The translations under genes were made by a program, and so were the position numbers. The notes under the pieces were generated by a model. The model worked only from the letters and a program-made list of their open reading frames with translations, was not told the DNA's origin and did no database searches. Positions 1-14,763 of a stretch of 64,000 nucleotides of DNA are shown here, one piece after another. Numbering within the stretch: the stretch's first letter is position 1; each line of letters opens with the position of its first letter. Source of the DNA: the human T2T-CHM13v2.0 reference genome, Homo sapiens; the NCBI RefSeq assembly GCF_009914755.1, contig NC_060926.1; one strand, written 5' to 3'.

Positions 1-290
1 CATATCCGTATGTACAGAAGACATTAAATGAGTAAAAAATTTTAAAAATAACCAAGTTATTTGACCTCCAGAATTACAATATTTGAGGAAATCATTTAAT
101 CTCTAGAGAAAACAAACAAAAAACCTCTCTTCCAAAGAACCACCTACCATTTATATTTAAACTACCATTCCTAGAAAGAATCTTTACCAATTTTATCTTT
201 AACAAATACTCAGGTTTCCTGAATGAACTTTTAATACTCAAAAATGGCTGGGTGCTTGTCAGGCAATATTTGAAAACTAAAAAGAAAAAA

Positions 291-570
<280 letters not shown>

Positions 571-1139
571 AAAAAAAACACAAAAAACTTAAACTTACAG
601 CAATAATCGGATGTGTAAAACTCTTCAAATTAGCTTTTGCAAAAGTCAACAAGTAAATAAAATTAGTTATAGCAAAGAATGTTATCAAATAGTGTGTTAC
701 ATACATAAATATGCAATCATTTAAAATTGCGAACTCAAATTTTATACTATTTCAAACCTTTAAAAACACTACTTCTAAAGTGGATTCTTGCTTATAATTT
801 ACTAAATTAAACACAATTAAACATTACCTTTGCCTAAACAGCTCAACAAGAAAAGCCAGAAAGGCTAGTATATAAAGGAAAATGATGCTAGGTCTAGAAA
901 TCAGCAGCCAGCCAGCCCTATCACTTACTAATTTGTAACTTACCTTCTTTAACCATAAGTTTTCTCAACCACAAAATAGGAATAGCAAATGTTTTAGTGT
1001 TGTAGAATGAAATAATACATACTAGGCACTCAGCAGACAGCAGTAATTAATATTAATGGAATTAATGTCTGTTTTCTGAATTTATTCCATGTCCATAATA
1101 CCTCTTTCTCCAAAGACCTCAATAAATACAATGTTAACA

Positions 1140-1435
1140 GGAGTCACTAACTCAACTATCTATAGGGGCTAGCAGGTGACAGAAATGACTTAAGCAGGCA
1201 AAATTTGAACAATTGCTACCCAATCTAGCCAATTATTACCATGTAGAAATAGCGAACCTAGCATTGCCAGACCATCTAACTTTTCAAGAAAATAAAGACA
1301 TCCAAACGTTTATGTAAAACTGTCCATTTTTAATTGTTGGCAATGAATTCAAATTTATTTTTAACAGCTACAAATCAAACAAAACTCACCTACAGGCAGG
1401 ATACAGTTTGGGGGCCCCTAGTTGGAGGTCTCTGG
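1140..1435. mobile_element. hAT-Charlie DNA transposon relic, MER103C-like
   Basis: Segments such as taggggctagcaggtgacagaaatg, ttgccagaccatctaacttttcaagaaa and tgttggcaatgaattcaaat resemble my recollection of the MER103C consensus; boundaries approximate. Confidence 0.55.
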
Positions 1436-1453
1436 TTACTGTATGGCAAATAA
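1390..1453 (-). other. USP37: USP37 5'UTR exon (putative exon 3)
   Basis: Minus strand: polypyrimidine tract and acceptor (tcttcttttatcttcag|TTATTTG) at 1454-1455; donor TAG|GTGAGT at 1389-1388. Gene identity inferred from head-to-head position with CNOT9. Confidence 0.65.
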
Positions 1454-1917
1454 CTGAAGATAAAAGAAGATATATGAAAACACTTTCGAGAGTTTAAAGG
1501 TGTTAAGTATCATAAGTACTCTATTATTATTCACTCATCTCATCAAAAATTTTTAAGTGCTTACTATGGGCAGATTTAGATATTAGTATAATGTGCTGGG
1601 TAATATGAATTCGTCAAAGTAATAGAGTCCATTAATGTTTATAGAACTGTCTGTTAACATGACATTTGGCTCAAACTAGTAATGCTACAGAGCTACAGAA
1701 ACTTGAGCCAGCAATGTATATCTGTAATACTTTTTTCTGCAATTATAATTTGTGACTTTATTGTTGGATACATCCTTGAGACTTTTTTCCACTCCGCCAC
1801 TCAGTGCTACAAAGAATACATCACTCTTCTACTCCAGTTTCCCATGCCAGAAACAGAAGACTTGTCTTTGGCTTCCTTCTTGATAATTATTGGTATTAGA
1901 TTAGAGATGGAAAGTCA

Positions 1918-2289
<372 letters not shown>

Positions 2290-3241
2290 TCATATCCCTC
2301 TCTTGCTTTATATCATTCAATAGCTCTCCACTTGTTCTCGCAATAAAATCTAAACTCACTAATGTGACGTAGAGGCCCTTCAGGACTCAGGCCCTGCTTA
2401 CCTGTCTATTCCCAATAAAACCCCCAAATCCTTCTGAATTACTTATAATTTCCTCAAAAATCTCTATGTTCTCATGCCACTATACCTTTGCATACACAGA
2501 GGTCATGTCTAGAGGATTTTTATGTGTTCTCCCCATCCCCAACCCTCCTTAATTTCTTCTCCTGGCTCTAAAATCAAGACTCAATTTACACATTACCCTC
2601 TTTAAAAAGCTTTATATAAAAGATGTAGGACATAAAATTGGCAGAACCAATATAATAAACTTTTTCATAATGCCTCAATTTAGTTCATTACCTGCTTTTG
2701 CACTAAATGAATTGACAGCTACATTTGCTCATTCATTATATTATCAGGGCTTGCTCTACTTGGTTAAGAGTAAAAAACTAAGTTTCTTTTTCAGCATGAA
2801 GCATGATCCAGTAACAGCTAAACTTCCTATGAACCTAAGACAAAGACAGGGTTTCCTTAAACTCGGTAATGGTAATTGTCTTATTAAAGCAAAAAAATAA
2901 GAAGACAAAAGATAATTAAAATGAATTATTCTTTAAATATGTCCAGAGATTCTTTCTCTAAATTTCTTCACAATTATTAAAATTACTGTTCAACTTTGAG
3001 CATCACCATGAATGCTCAAAGCAACAATATTAGCAAAAATGTTTCTATGCCCTGTACATTTATTTAAGTGCTCACATTTTAGGTACTGCTTTGAAAACAT
3101 CCTTAATCAGAGAGCATTCAGTGGTAAATAAAGTATGGCCAAAACACAAAAACTATTACTACAAAACAAACACAAAACTGTCAGTTCCCGCCAGATTGCA
3201 TGCTCTTTGAAACATATATCCAAAACAAAAACATTACTTAC

Positions 3242-3382
3242 TTTTCAGTGACTTTTACCGAAAAACCCTATGTAATAGCAATTCACCTTTATTCTGATCC
3301 TTGTGCCAAAGGCAAAGCACTCTTCTTGGGACACTACTCATATTCTGCAGCTATGCCAGTTCTCCGGAAGCCATCAACTCAG
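3242..3382 (-). other. USP37: USP37 5'UTR exon (putative exon 2)
   Basis: Minus strand acceptor catttttattttctttag|CTGAG (AG at 3384-3383); donor AAA|GTAAGT at 3241-3240; alternative internal donor AAG|GTGAAT would end the exon at 3287. Confidence 0.7.
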
Positions 3383-3440
3383 CTAAAGAAAATAAAAATG
3401 TGCTTTTTAAAAAGAACCCAATATACAAAATTAATACTTA

Positions 3441-3761
<321 letters not shown>

Positions 3762-4341
3762 TTATACAACAAAGATTAACTTCTTGGTTATTTAAAAACT
3801 ACAGATTACCTTAATGAAAATATTTAAAATATGATGCACAACACACAGAGACACACATAAAAGATCAACAGAACTTTAGGAACTTATCTGCTGTGCATAA
3901 TGAGGGATTACAGGATGAGCCTGCACCTTGTTCAACTTGTACCTTGGTTTATTCATTCTTGCTACATTTTGAAACTAAGAAGTCAGTGAGAAAGAATATG
4001 TCCTTTGTTCACTTTATAAACATTGTTACATAATAATGTCTTAAGTCTTAAAACTTCCATAACATGTTGATACTATTTCAAAAGGTGGGTAAACTTGGTG
4101 CTTTCACTTTTCTTTCAAAGCTAACATTGTTTCTCAAATTAGGCTCCACTAGGCCTGAACTTTCTCTGAAGTTCTACCCGCACATCTCTCACTGCCTATC
4201 TGAATGCTACAACATCAACTTTAAACTCCTTTGTTCATTTAGTAAACAACATTTATTAAGCTACTGCACTTTCAAGGCACCCTGGTAGGCATATAGATGT
4301 GAAGATGATACAGTCCATGCCCTCATTAAGAAGCTCCTAGA

Positions 4342-4675
<334 letters not shown>

Positions 4676-6299
4676 CTACTTTTGTCCTTCTACCATCATT
4701 CAGGCAAGAAATCTTGGCATCAGCTTTATCCTCACTCTTATCTACTCAAATCCCAGATTTTCAATAGCTACTACTCTCAGAAACTCATCACTATGCCATC
4801 ATCCCACCTAGTATTTATTATGCAACCCAACATTTATTATGCAACATTTACTAAGCAGTGCTAAATGCCATACATGCATTATCTCAATTTAATTTTTATA
4901 ATAATCCTAAGTGATAGGGATATTATCTCTATTTCACAGATGAGGAAACTGAGGTTTAGAGACATTACATAATTTATAAATACAGTCAGTGAGAAACAAA
5001 GCTATGTCTAATGCCAGAACCTACATTTTTAACTACAACCACAGTTCATCCTCATCAATGAATTATGGCAACCCCTTCCCTTTCCAGTCTCAGCTCTTGG
5101 GGTTTTACCTCCAACAAATCCTTTACATTGTAACATCCTTTCTAAAGAACTACTCTTTTTACCACTTTTCAACTGAACTATGCACTAGGTATCTTCTTAA
5201 CTTTCTCCCTAAGGTGGGAGTGGGGGGTAGAGGTGGGGCACGGGACAGGGAGGTAACACACAGAACTTGGGTACTCTAACTGTATACTCCAACAAAATAA
5301 CAAACACTTGTTAAGTGCTAAATGGTTGCCATTGATGCTAGGACCTTCCCAAACTAAATAGCTCATCACTACCTAGAAAATAAAATAAATCCAAATGCTT
5401 GTGTTTGGTATTCATACACCTCCATTTTAAATTCCCTATTTTTCAACACGAATCCTGTTCTACACATACAAAAATTATTATATTTTAATATTTTCTTTCT
5501 TTTTCATTTGAGACAGAACCTCATTCTGTCACCCAGACTGGAACACAGTGGTGCCATCTTGGCTCACTGCAACCTCCACCTCCTAGGCTGAAGCAATCCT
5601 CCCACCTCAGCCTCCCAAGTAGCTAGGACTACAGGCACATGCCACCAAACCCGGCTAATTTTTGTAATTTTTTATAGACATGGGGTTTTGCCATGTTGCC
5701 CAGGCTGGTATCGAACTCCGGGGCTCAAGCGATCCGCCCACCTTGGTCTCCCGCAATGCTGGGATTACTGGCATGAGCCAATGCAGCTGGCCATATATTA
5801 ATATTTTCTTTGTCATTCACCAACAACTGACTTAAATATGGAATTTTGCTTTATTTATGGAAATCTCATCTTCACTGGTCTTAAAGATTAACCGGTTGTT
5901 AAAATATACAAACCACTACTCTGATTTTTGAAGGCTTTCTTTCCTTTAAAAAGACCTATAAAACAAATGGACAAAGGAGAAAAAATTAGTTTTGTTACTG
6001 AAAGTGGAAAGCTGACCTAAAGTTTATCTCCAATTCAAAGAGTTTAAAATCTGAATGGTTTTATGATATAAAAATGGGTAAAAGAATCCAAAGTTGGAAA
6101 ACGTTTTGTTTTTTCTCATGTGTCCTCTAACTTTTCAGAATGAAAAGTGTTTGTCATGAGATGATGACAAGAACATCAGCAAGCTTTGCTTCCAAAAGAC
6201 ATGATGGTTCTTACAGCAACTTCCAGCTTATTTAACAAATTATTGGGAAATAAAAAAGAAGTGGTCACTAGCCTATATTCTAATAGGAGACAGACTTTA

Positions 6300-6617
<318 letters not shown>

Positions 6618-6659
6618 TCAAAAAATAATAATAACAATAATTACAAGTTCTGAGAAATG

Positions 6660-7720
6660 ATATAAAGCAAGATACATGGAATGATGAGTCTTAAGATTAA
6701 GACTTGGGGTAGAGGATAACATTGAGAAGGCTTCCCTGAGAAGGTATCACTTAAGTTGAAAACTGCAGAAGGAGATGACTGATAGATGGTGGTGCTGGAA
6801 CAATCCAGGCAAACAGCATCCCCAAAGGCCTTGAATTGTAAAATAACTTGATATGACTAGGGAAATTAAAAGCAATGTGGCTACAGTTTAGTGAAGGAGA
6901 GGAGGAAGATGAAGTTAGTGAAGCAGGCAAGAACCAGGTTATGCAGTCTTGTGAACCACAGTAAAGATTCCGAATTTTATCCTAAATGTAACAAGCACTT
7001 ACCAGGAGGAAATCCACCAAAAGGTTTTAAGCAAAGAAATATGTTACTACTGAATGAGGAAGTCATATATGGTTGGTTTGGGTTTTGGGAGAGTGACTAA
7101 GAGCAAGAACAGAAGAAAATAATGTAACCAGATAGAAGAGTATTGAGTTGATCAGCTTATAACAATAACAATTAATGCTTACTGGCCATTTACTCTGTGC
7201 CAAGTGCTTATCATGGTTATCTCACTTAATCCTCATAACAATCCAATAGGCTGAAAATTACTATTTCCATTTTACAGATGATAATACAGGAAGCCAAGGC
7301 AATCAAGTCCAGGTTTTTTAAGGACTGTGGCTTAAACTAGAAAAGTGACAGTGAAAATGTACAGAAAAAGATGCAAGACACATATTGGAAGTAGGATAGA
7401 ACTTGGAGAGAGTAGAAGTCAAGAATGCCTCCCAAGTGTGTAGCCTGTGTCATGTGCCACTTAATAAACTGGGACACTGGAGAAGAAAGAATTTCGATAT
7501 GGAGAGAAAGATCAAGGCTTTGGATTTGGCTGTGTTGCATCTGAAACTCCTAAGAAAAAAATCAAGTTGAGATGTCAAGCAGACAGCTGGCTATCTAGAT
7601 GTGGAGCTGAAAACAAAGGGAATAGGCTGGAAATAACAATTTTTAAGTCATCAATATATAGATCAAATTTAAAGCTTAGGGAGGAATATAAGAGTAAAAG
7701 AAGAGGACCTAGGACTGAAC
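6660..7720. mobile_element. L2 LINE relics with embedded MIR (~7165-7300)
   Basis: L2-like motifs (ggcttccctgagaagg, gattccgaattttatcctaaatg, gagatgtcaagcagacagctgg) and a MIR core (ttccattttacagatg). Confidence 0.55.
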
Positions 7721-8747
7721 CCAAATACTCATTTTACTTCATCAAACATCTTTAAGACAAGTGAGTACTTTTATATCACTGGGTTTTTCAGTCCTCCTTC
7801 CATTTTACCTTTCAGCAGAATGCAACACTACTGATGACTTTTTTCATGGCTTGCAAGACGCATCCTCCTCTATTGGTTATTAAACATCAGGAATTCGTCA
7901 ATGCTCCATCCTAGGTGCCTTTATTTTACAGCACTATACTCTTTTTCGGCAATTTCATCCACATCCATGGCTTTAATTACTATCAATATGGCAGATGACA
8001 AACACATACACACACCGCGCACATTTACGTACGCAGCCCAGAACTCTCCTAAGATCTCCAAACCCACTATATCCAACTGCCTATTTGACATTCCCTCTCA
8101 GGTATCTCTTCCAGTTAGACACTTGTCAGGAATTGCCACCTCAATAAAGGAATTTATACAGAGCTGAAATTTTGAGAGGAATACCCCAAAACCACTTTAG
8201 GACAACTCTTCAGGACACAGGATTTTATCATCAATCATCATTTCCTTTCATGGATCATGACTTAAAATAGTTACATCTAACAACCTGATCTGGCGGCTAG
8301 AAATGGGCGCAAGGAAATGCACAACAAAAATACAATTCATGTTTTGCAGTGAGGACTGGTCAAGAGGAAGGTGAAGATGGTCAAGAGAGTGAATGAGTAT
8401 CATGTCCAAGGCCTGATGGATGTGCCGTAACGAAAGTCACCTGAAGAGACAGCAGGCCCTGTTAGAAGGTAAGAGGCGAACGACAACAGCCCCAGAGAAA
8501 AGGGGCCAGGTTTGAGTTTCGGAGGGAGCGAGTGGCAGTGGAGACCAAGTCAAAGGAGAGGTGGAAGCCGGGGCAGTGCACCCAAAGGTAGTACCTGTGA
8601 GGCTGGGGGTGCATCGAGGGGTTGTGGGCGGGCTGAGTAGCAGCAGGGCGAACTCCAGAGGAGTGAACGCCGAGTGGGCGGATCGCACAGAAGGAGGAGG
8701 AGGTAGGGAAAACGGCTCAATTGAGAAGCTACCCCGGCCCGCCTTAC

Positions 8748-8960
8748 CTGCGCCGAGGGTCCGGAGCCCCCGGACAGACCCGCGGAAAGCACGGAGCCCC
8801 CGAGGAGTGGGAGGAGCCGAGGGTAATGGAAGTAGGGATACAGAACCCAAAGGAGGGAGGCCGCTAGCTACCCCTAGTCAGGGAGAGCGGCTGATGGCGG
8901 GAACTGTGACCACACGCAAACACGCACGCACGCACGCACACTCGACGCGACCAGACAGGC
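8748..8960 (-). other. USP37: USP37 non-coding first exon (TSS approximate)
   Basis: Strong donor CAG|GTAAGG on the minus strand at 8747, inside the CpG island and pointing away from CNOT9; USP37/CNOT9 head-to-head arrangement is established knowledge. Confidence 0.75.
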
Positions 8961-9524
8961 GCGTGCGCGTCAGTCGAAAACTCCGCCCCTCACACGCCCT
9001 CGCCCCGCCCCGCCAGTACCTAGAGCGGCCTAGCCCGGGCAGCCCCGCCCCTGCCGTGACTGTAGTAGGCACGCGCACTTTCCACCTCACCCGATTTCGA
9101 CGCCCCCCCACCATTTCCCGCCTACGCAACCCAGTCGGGCATGCGCAATAGTTGTCTTGCCGGGACTGTCCATCTTTTCCCGCCGTTCACTGGCTTTTGG
9201 AGGCGGGTCAGAGTTCACGCCGCTCTCTGGAAATAACTGCTCAAAGCCAGAAGTTGCGGGGACTAGTGGTCGCGGACGTCCTTCCGGTCCTAAATCTTAA
9301 GGGGCAAAGGACATACTCTGGGACTGTTAACTAGGCCCTGGAGGCGGGAAGAGGATGTGTGGGTGGGGTCAGGGGTGAGAGGTCAGAGGGCCGCGAAGTG
9401 GGCGGAGCGAGCCGGAGTCGGATGGCGGCTACGGCGGCTCATTATTTTCCGCTGCAGGGGTGCTGAAGGGGGGACGCGGGTCGGACGCGTCCGGCTGTGG
9501 AAGAGAGCGGCGGCCGCTCACAAC

Positions 9525-9548
9525 ATGCACAGCCTGGCGACGGCTGCG
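9525..9548 (+). CDS. CNOT9: CNOT9 coding exon 1 (MHSLATAA)
   Basis: caacATG start; donor GCG|GTGAGT at 9549. Confidence 0.97.
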
Positions 9549-11844
9549 GTGAGTGGCTGGGCCCCCAGGCTTGGAACCAGAATCCTTTCTCAGACCCACG
9601 TTTCGGCCTTCTCTCCTAATTCCCGGTGTCGGGTCCCTAGTCTGATTTTTTTCTGCCCTCAATCTCCAAGGCCCCGGTTCCCCTCCTCGGCACGCTTTGG
9701 TTGTGGTGGAGCCGGCCCCTATTTCCTTGCCGGAAGCCTCTCGCGGCCTTCAGCGCGACCCATCGCGTTCTTTGCGGGCGCCGGGGCCTGGTCCCACGCC
9801 CGTAGCAGGCCATTCATTGATTTATTGCGCTGACCAACAGTTTCAGGGCGCCAGTTGTGTTCTGGGCGCCGGCGTCGATGAGGGGAATTCCATGGTCAAT
9901 CTGACGCGGCCCCTGCTCTTAGAACTCACCACGTCGCAGCGGGAAGGAAATGGCTTCTAGTTCAAACCACTTGCTTTATTTATGGAAAACCTGAGGCCCG
10001 GAAAAGTGCATAATTTTTGCATCTGACTTAGGTTCTCTGCGTTTAAAACTTTTCTTCGACACATCTCGTTTTACCCGCGTGATCTTTTAACAAAAAAGAA
10101 AGATAGTGTAATTCAGCTATCCGAAGTAATCCTACTTCTCTTGGCATTTAAATAAAATCTAGACTCCTTGCCATAGCCTGCACGGCCCTGTATGATGTGG
10201 TACTTAACCCACGTTTATAATCTCGTTTTATGTCTCTTGCTCCTAAAGCTTCAGCTACTCTGGCCACCTAACCCTCTGCAACGCGCTTATTTTTCTCCAA
10301 GATGCACTTTGTGGTCTCTATGCCTGGAGTGAATGTTCTTCTTATCCCTCCTCCTTTACATACACAGCATGAGTGTAATTGGTACCTCTTCCTTGAACTC
10401 TCCTTCCTCTCCTTAAACTGTTTATCCAAATCCATCTTTCTTCAGGTCTCTGCCTAAATCGGTCTCAGAGTGGCCTTCCCTGACTATCCTCTTCAAATTA
10501 GTTCCGCAGCCTCTAACTTTAGTAGAGTACCCTTTACAGCCCTGATCCCCGTGTAATTATTGTATTCGTTTATTTGTTGTCTGTCTCCTTGAGGGCAGGG
10601 ACAGGGATCATGTGAGCCCTGTTGACGTGGTTTCCCCGGTGCCAGGACAGTTCCTAGTACAAGATTAAAGACTCAGATACTTTGCTGCATGAAAGAATAT
10701 TGAAGGGAAGGTGACCACTGAAAGAACATTGCCATGATGGGGAAAGGAGATCATTTGATTTGAGCATACCTGCCTGAAGACCAATTCTGCTTTTTCTGTT
10801 TAACCAAAGGGAAATGATTTAAGGAAAGTAATGTACTGAAATTGTATTATCAGGCAAAATGACGTAATTACTAAATAAAGCACCAAAAATTGCCATACGT
10901 TTAAGTACAAAAAGTGAAAAATTGAGCCAAGTATGACTAAGCTATAGAAAACTGCTTTTTGAGATTTGATCTCCATTGTCAGTTCCAGTGCTGTTGGTAT
11001 CTCTGCCTCCTTTCATACTGTTTCTAAGTGTTTGTAACTATTCAATGTAGAGAGTATCTTTTATATCTCAATTAGGTCATTGCAATTCCCCTAGCTTTTT
11101 TGTTCCTTCTCCCAAATTATATATGTAACGTGGGAAAAAGCAAGTTGAAAGATGAGTGTGCTGCTATTAGGGGAAAGACAGGTTAAATAAGGGAAATTAT
11201 TCTAAGGTTGACTTGTCCATCTCTCAAAATCTGATTGTGTCTTCTCCCGAATTTTATCTTCGATACTGAGCCACTCTTTTCCCTGTGCCTTCCCAAACTC
11301 TGTAGCTATTCCTTTTATTTTCAATTGCTCCCTAATGCATCTTTTAAACAACCATTAAAGCTGTGGTACATTACTTATAATAAGTACTCAATACATGTTT
11401 CTTCACGTTTTCAGTGCCTTACATTAATTTTAAAATTTGAACTTTTAGATGCACTTTCACTTAGGATGTTTGGACCTCGTAGCAGCTCTGACAAATTCCT
11501 TCGTACCACTCATTCACTAGGTTATATTTAGCTAGTGAGGAAACTAAAACGTAAAAAGTTGAGCCACCTCATTCTCAATTCTTCATGCCTTCCGTTGGAG
11601 CAAACTGCATTATTCTGATGTGGGTAAAGGGACAGTAATGATGCATATCACTCACTGGAATTTGAGAAGCATAATTAATGCATGCAACAGTGCCCAGAAT
11701 AATCAAAGCCACTTGAGAAGATGCTTACTTTCTGCCGAACAATGAAAGTGTGTATCTGTGACTTTATTTATCTCTTTTTTAAAATAGTAGGTAAATCATC
11801 ATTTCAGCTAGGGAGATAACAAAGTACTGCCAAATGAGAATGTA

Positions 11845-12000
11845 AGCTGGGTGGTGTGTGCCCATAGTCCCAGCTACTTGGGAGGCTAAGGAGGGAGGAC
11901 ACTTCACCCCAGGAGTTCCAGGCTACTGTGTGCTATGAAGGCACCTGTGAATGGCCACTGGACTCCAGCTTGAGCAACATAGCAAGACTTTGTCTATTAA
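11845..12000 (+). mobile_element. FAM (fossil Alu monomer)
   Basis: Monomer with diagnostic gtgctatg...cctgtgaatggccactg segment; flanking repeat gagaatgta. Confidence 0.7.
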
Positions 12001-12144
12001 GAGAGAGAGAGAATGTAGTCACATGTAAATGCAGGATATTATTCACTAGAAGGAAAAATTAAGATAGTATGGGAAGTATCTTAAATTTTGACTCTTGAGT
12101 AGTCGTATGCTAGAAATGTTTAGTGTAGTAGGCTTTTGTGATTC

Positions 12145-12903
<759 letters not shown>

Positions 12904-13672
12904 TGAAAGAAAGAATAACAAAATGCTCAGTGGTTGGCTAGATTCACTCACTGATATGTGACTTGTTCCCAGACTTCAGCTTTGGGAATTTAATTCCCAA
13001 ATTAAAGGCTCACACACCTATAATCCCAGCACTTTGGGAGGCCAAGGCAGGAGGATCACTTGAGGCCGGGAGTTCAAGACCAGCCTTGGCAACACAGTAG
13101 GAACCTATCTCTACAAAAAATGTTTAAAAATTTTCCAGGCTGCAGTGAGCCATGATCATGCTACCGCACTTCAGCTTAGGCGACATAGTGAGACCCTGTC
13201 TCAAAGGAAAAAGAAAACTACAAATCTTTGCATGCCATAGGTATTCTGTAATGGATGTTATGCTTGTGAAACAACCGGAGGTAAGCCTTTAGGGGATGTG
13301 TTTTTGTTTTGTTTTGTTTTTAATCTCCCACTGATTTCCACTGACAATTCTAGCATCCCTAAACACTTGTCTTTCTCTCACTTTCCGCCTAACCAGCAGC
13401 ATCATTAGTTATTTTACATCTTTTTATTGAAGCTGTCATGGACTCCCAGATGCCTTCCTTTTTGGCAAGTAGAAAGAACACTGCACTCTAAAGGATTTAA
13501 TTCACTTTCTCCTCCCGAGTCTCCTGATGAAGCTTTAGGCAAATTGCCTAACTTATCTTTCCTTATTCACTTTCATTTTTTAAAAGTTATTTTGAAAAAA
13601 TACATTCTGGGCCGGGCATGGTGGCTCATGCCTGTAATCCCAGCACTTTGGGAGGCTGAGGCAGGTGGATCA

Positions 13673-13888
<216 letters not shown>

Positions 13889-14511
13889 TTAAAAAAAAAA
13901 AAAAAAAAAGATACATTCTGGCTCTTATAAAATTATGAAGGTAAGCTAATTTAGTACTTCCAGCACTATTAGAAAGTTCATTTTCTTGGAATACCATGCT
14001 GACACCCAAATCCACGTGTTGATCTCCAGACTTGGGAAAATAATCTCTATTTCAGTCTGATTCCATTCTTTATGTATTGGCAGGAAAATAAACAGCTATT
14101 TTGGCCCTTAAACATAAAGTTACATTGATAATTTGGCTATTTTCTGTTTAAGAAACCATCAGCATCAATTTTTTAGTTTACTCAGAGAAGGAAATCATTT
14201 TCTTTATCATTTATAGATAAATGTCATGTTTTATTTAAAATAATTTATAAACATCTTTATACTTTTCACATTATGTGTTAAAATCTTTCAGAAATAGAAG
14301 ACCAACTTAAACTGTCAGTACCCTGTGTGACACTTGGAGTTAACCATTGGTAACTTACTTTGGTAAATACCTTATCTGTATGTTAAGCTTTCTTGGGGAA
14401 AAAAGGTGTCATTTGAAATACATTTTCCATATACAAATCATTAAACAGAAAAGGAGGGAGAGTTACCACCTAAATTTTGATAATATGAAAGTTTTTTAAC
14501 ACACTTATTAA

Positions 14512-14763
<252 letters not shown>

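Larger units (their letters stand above)
8550..9950. promoter_or_regulatory. CpG island, bidirectional USP37/CNOT9 promoter
   Basis: Sharp rise in GC and CpG content; GC boxes (~8983-9050), TTTCCCGC E2F motifs at 9114-9121 and 9176-9183, NRF1-like GGCATGCGCA ~9138-9147, ETS core CTTCCGG 9281-9287, YY1-like GATGGCGGC 9421-9429; no TATA box seen. Confidence 0.9.

Noticed and set aside
8590-8600. Second minus-strand donor (CAG|GTACTA) for USP37 exon 1
   Set aside because: Poor consensus compared with GTAAGG at 8747; cannot be supported from sequence alone.
9357-9524. Open frame upstream of and in frame with the CNOT9 ATG (possible N-terminal extension from GTG/CTG)
   Set aside because: No in-frame ATG, weak near-cognate contexts, and openness is expected at this GC content.
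8437-9960. Several 80-196 aa ORFs on both strands of the CpG island
   Set aside because: Stop-poor GC-rich sequence with low-complexity R/G/P composition; only 9525-9548 is supported as coding.
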